From Antedon mediterranea (Eukaryota > Animalia > Echinodermata): a DNA stretch of 64,000 nucleotides. The DNA is taken from assembly GCF_964355755.1 (NCBI RefSeq), contig NC_092675.1:29174912-29238911 (forward strand), written 5' to 3'. This document shows positions 62,701-64,000 of the stretch, piece after piece. A model generated the notes under the pieces. The model worked only from the letters and a program-made list of their open reading frames with translations, was not told where the DNA came from and did no database searches. The position numbers and the translations under genes were made by a program. Each line of letters begins with the position of its first letter. Within the stretch, counting starts at the first letter, position 1.

Positions 62701-63789
62701 CCTGCAAAAGAGCTAGGCACAGCAGTAGCAGACTTTCATAAAGAATTCTTAGGAAACCTGCCTCAACTTATTTGGATACCAGCTTTAATTTCGTGGTTTC
62801 TATTTTTGATGATTGTTATACTGACGATCTTTTACTGTGGGCGTTCATCTGGTCATGTGAATGTTCATCACGTCGCTGCTGCGCCTCAAATTGCCGAACC
62901 ATCGAGGCAAATGATTGAATCTGTAAGGACTAATGGCTATTTTGTAACAATTTTTAGAAAACTTTTGAAATTCAAAGTTTTAAAAAAATCATTCAATCAG
63001 AATTGTGTGATGCCTAATAATTAAAACAACCATTCCCATGCAAAATGTATTTACTAGAAGTTGCACTAATAATAGCCTGATATCAAATATCAGCCAAACG
63101 GTTAAGGCAGGGGTGCTGCTAACCGTACCTAAAGAGCCAACAATATTGACATGGGTGTGAGCCCGACTCAATCTTAGTTCTTGTGGTGGAACAAGTCTTC
63201 TCGAATAAGGACTATAAACTGTAGGTCCAGTGTACACAGTCCAGTGTACACAGTTATAACCTGTGTGCACATTAAAGAACCCAGTTCATCATTCGGCGAG
63301 TAGGGGTTACCCCGGAGAACTGATTCACAAAATAGCATCTGCATCAGGGGAATTACCACCTATCTGATAGAACAGTGATTAATTTGCTATTCTTGGCCAC
63401 ATGTGCCTAAAGACATAAGTAAATGCCTCTTTCATCATAACTTGGAGTAGAAATGTAATGATAAAAATGCTTCATAATTATATACTCTTAAAGTATTCCA
63501 CATTTAAAACATAAAATTTGTTTCTTAGATTGTACAAGAACGCTTACAATGTTATGAAGTAGAAGTTGGTTATCGGCAAGAAGTTGGTTACCGCCAAGAA
63601 GTTCCTTCCCCCAGTCTTTCCCCTGTTACGCTCCGAGCAAGAGGACAAGCTACTCTTCAAGAACTTGAAGTTGAAAATCGACGGCCATCGAGACGTTCAC
63701 AAGATTATGCTGATAGTAGTGGTTCACCTACTACTAAGAAAAATCAGAATGTTGCTTCAATTTGTCAATGTGATGAAAAAGTAAATAAG
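59750..63789 (+). CDS. CLCC1: Chloride channel CLIC-like protein 1 (MCLC family); 3' end probably beyond the window
   Basis: Exons 59750-59908, 60311-60502, 60602-60805, 61243-61383, 61881-62075, 62665-62922, 63529-63780/63789, all phase 0. Signal peptide, FFKQFVRHFL, ISIPWNWLQLYQ, IPDYCRP and DECKEFQKRYMVDPILEVSPIKAVAKTF resemble CLCC1 ([38 protein letters not shown]). Confidence 0.82.
60936..61107. mobile_element. Family A MITE with duplicated right terminus
   Basis: CTCTGTCTACACTATC...ATAGTGTAGACAGACCTTTATAGTGTAGACAGAGCT|TAA. Confidence 0.75.
61514..61656. mobile_element. Family A MITE, TAA TSD
   Basis: TAA|ACCTTGTCTACACTATT...TTTGATAGTGTAGACAAAGCT|TAA. Confidence 0.75.
63090..63316 (+). 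mobile_element. SINE (Deu/Nin-domain-like family)
   Basis: CAGCCAAACGGTTAAGG head, then CGAATAAGGACTATAAACTGTAGGTCCAGTGTACAC...GTGCACATTAAAGAACCC...GAGTAGGGGTTACCCCGG. Confidence 0.65.
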
Positions 63790-64000
63790 GTATTCATCAT
63801 AGATTTTTATTTAATATACACATATGTAGTTACTTGGCAAATGCTTTACAAGCATATAACTTGCTTTGTATTTTGTATAAAACTTTAAACATACCATCCA
63901 AAATAGCTATATATCAACAGAGTATGCCTTTATATATATATAGGTAATATCAAATAAGCTTATCAAAATGTTGAGTTATCAATATGGGCCGAAATATTAA

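Overview
AT-rich, intron-rich metazoan DNA. It is most likely an invertebrate, possibly an echinoderm, but the taxon cannot be proven from sequence alone. Walking GT-AG exons by hand gives seven conserved housekeeping genes: the 3' end of TRIR/C19orf43 (+), SARAF (-), NDUFA11 (+), COA7 (-), DOT1L (-, 21 coding exons), RAD54L (-, 22 coding exons, ATG-only first coding exon) and the 5' part of CLCC1 (+). Introns carry a PIF/Harbinger-type MITE family (~12 copies), TA-flanked Tc1/mariner/pogo-type MITEs, tRNA- and 5S-derived SINE-like elements, a LINE remnant, a head-to-tail dimer of a 909-bp TGT...ACA element and several minisatellites. The most striking unexplained signal is two spatially segregated classes of TA-xxx-TA words. 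TACAGTA/TACTGTA saturates internal introns and can be seen as exact 5-bp insertions between paralogous repeat copies, matching Tc1/mariner excision footprints. TAGGCTA/TAGCCTA/TAGGCCTA clusters in the promoter-proximal intron of every gene whose 5' end lies in the window. Other leads are a candidate alternative DOT1L first exon, a Gly-to-Ser change in the DOT1L SAM-binding motif, a duplicated DOT1L splice donor and CNHP-to-CNDP in RAD54L. All homology calls rest on remembered protein sequences, not database searches.
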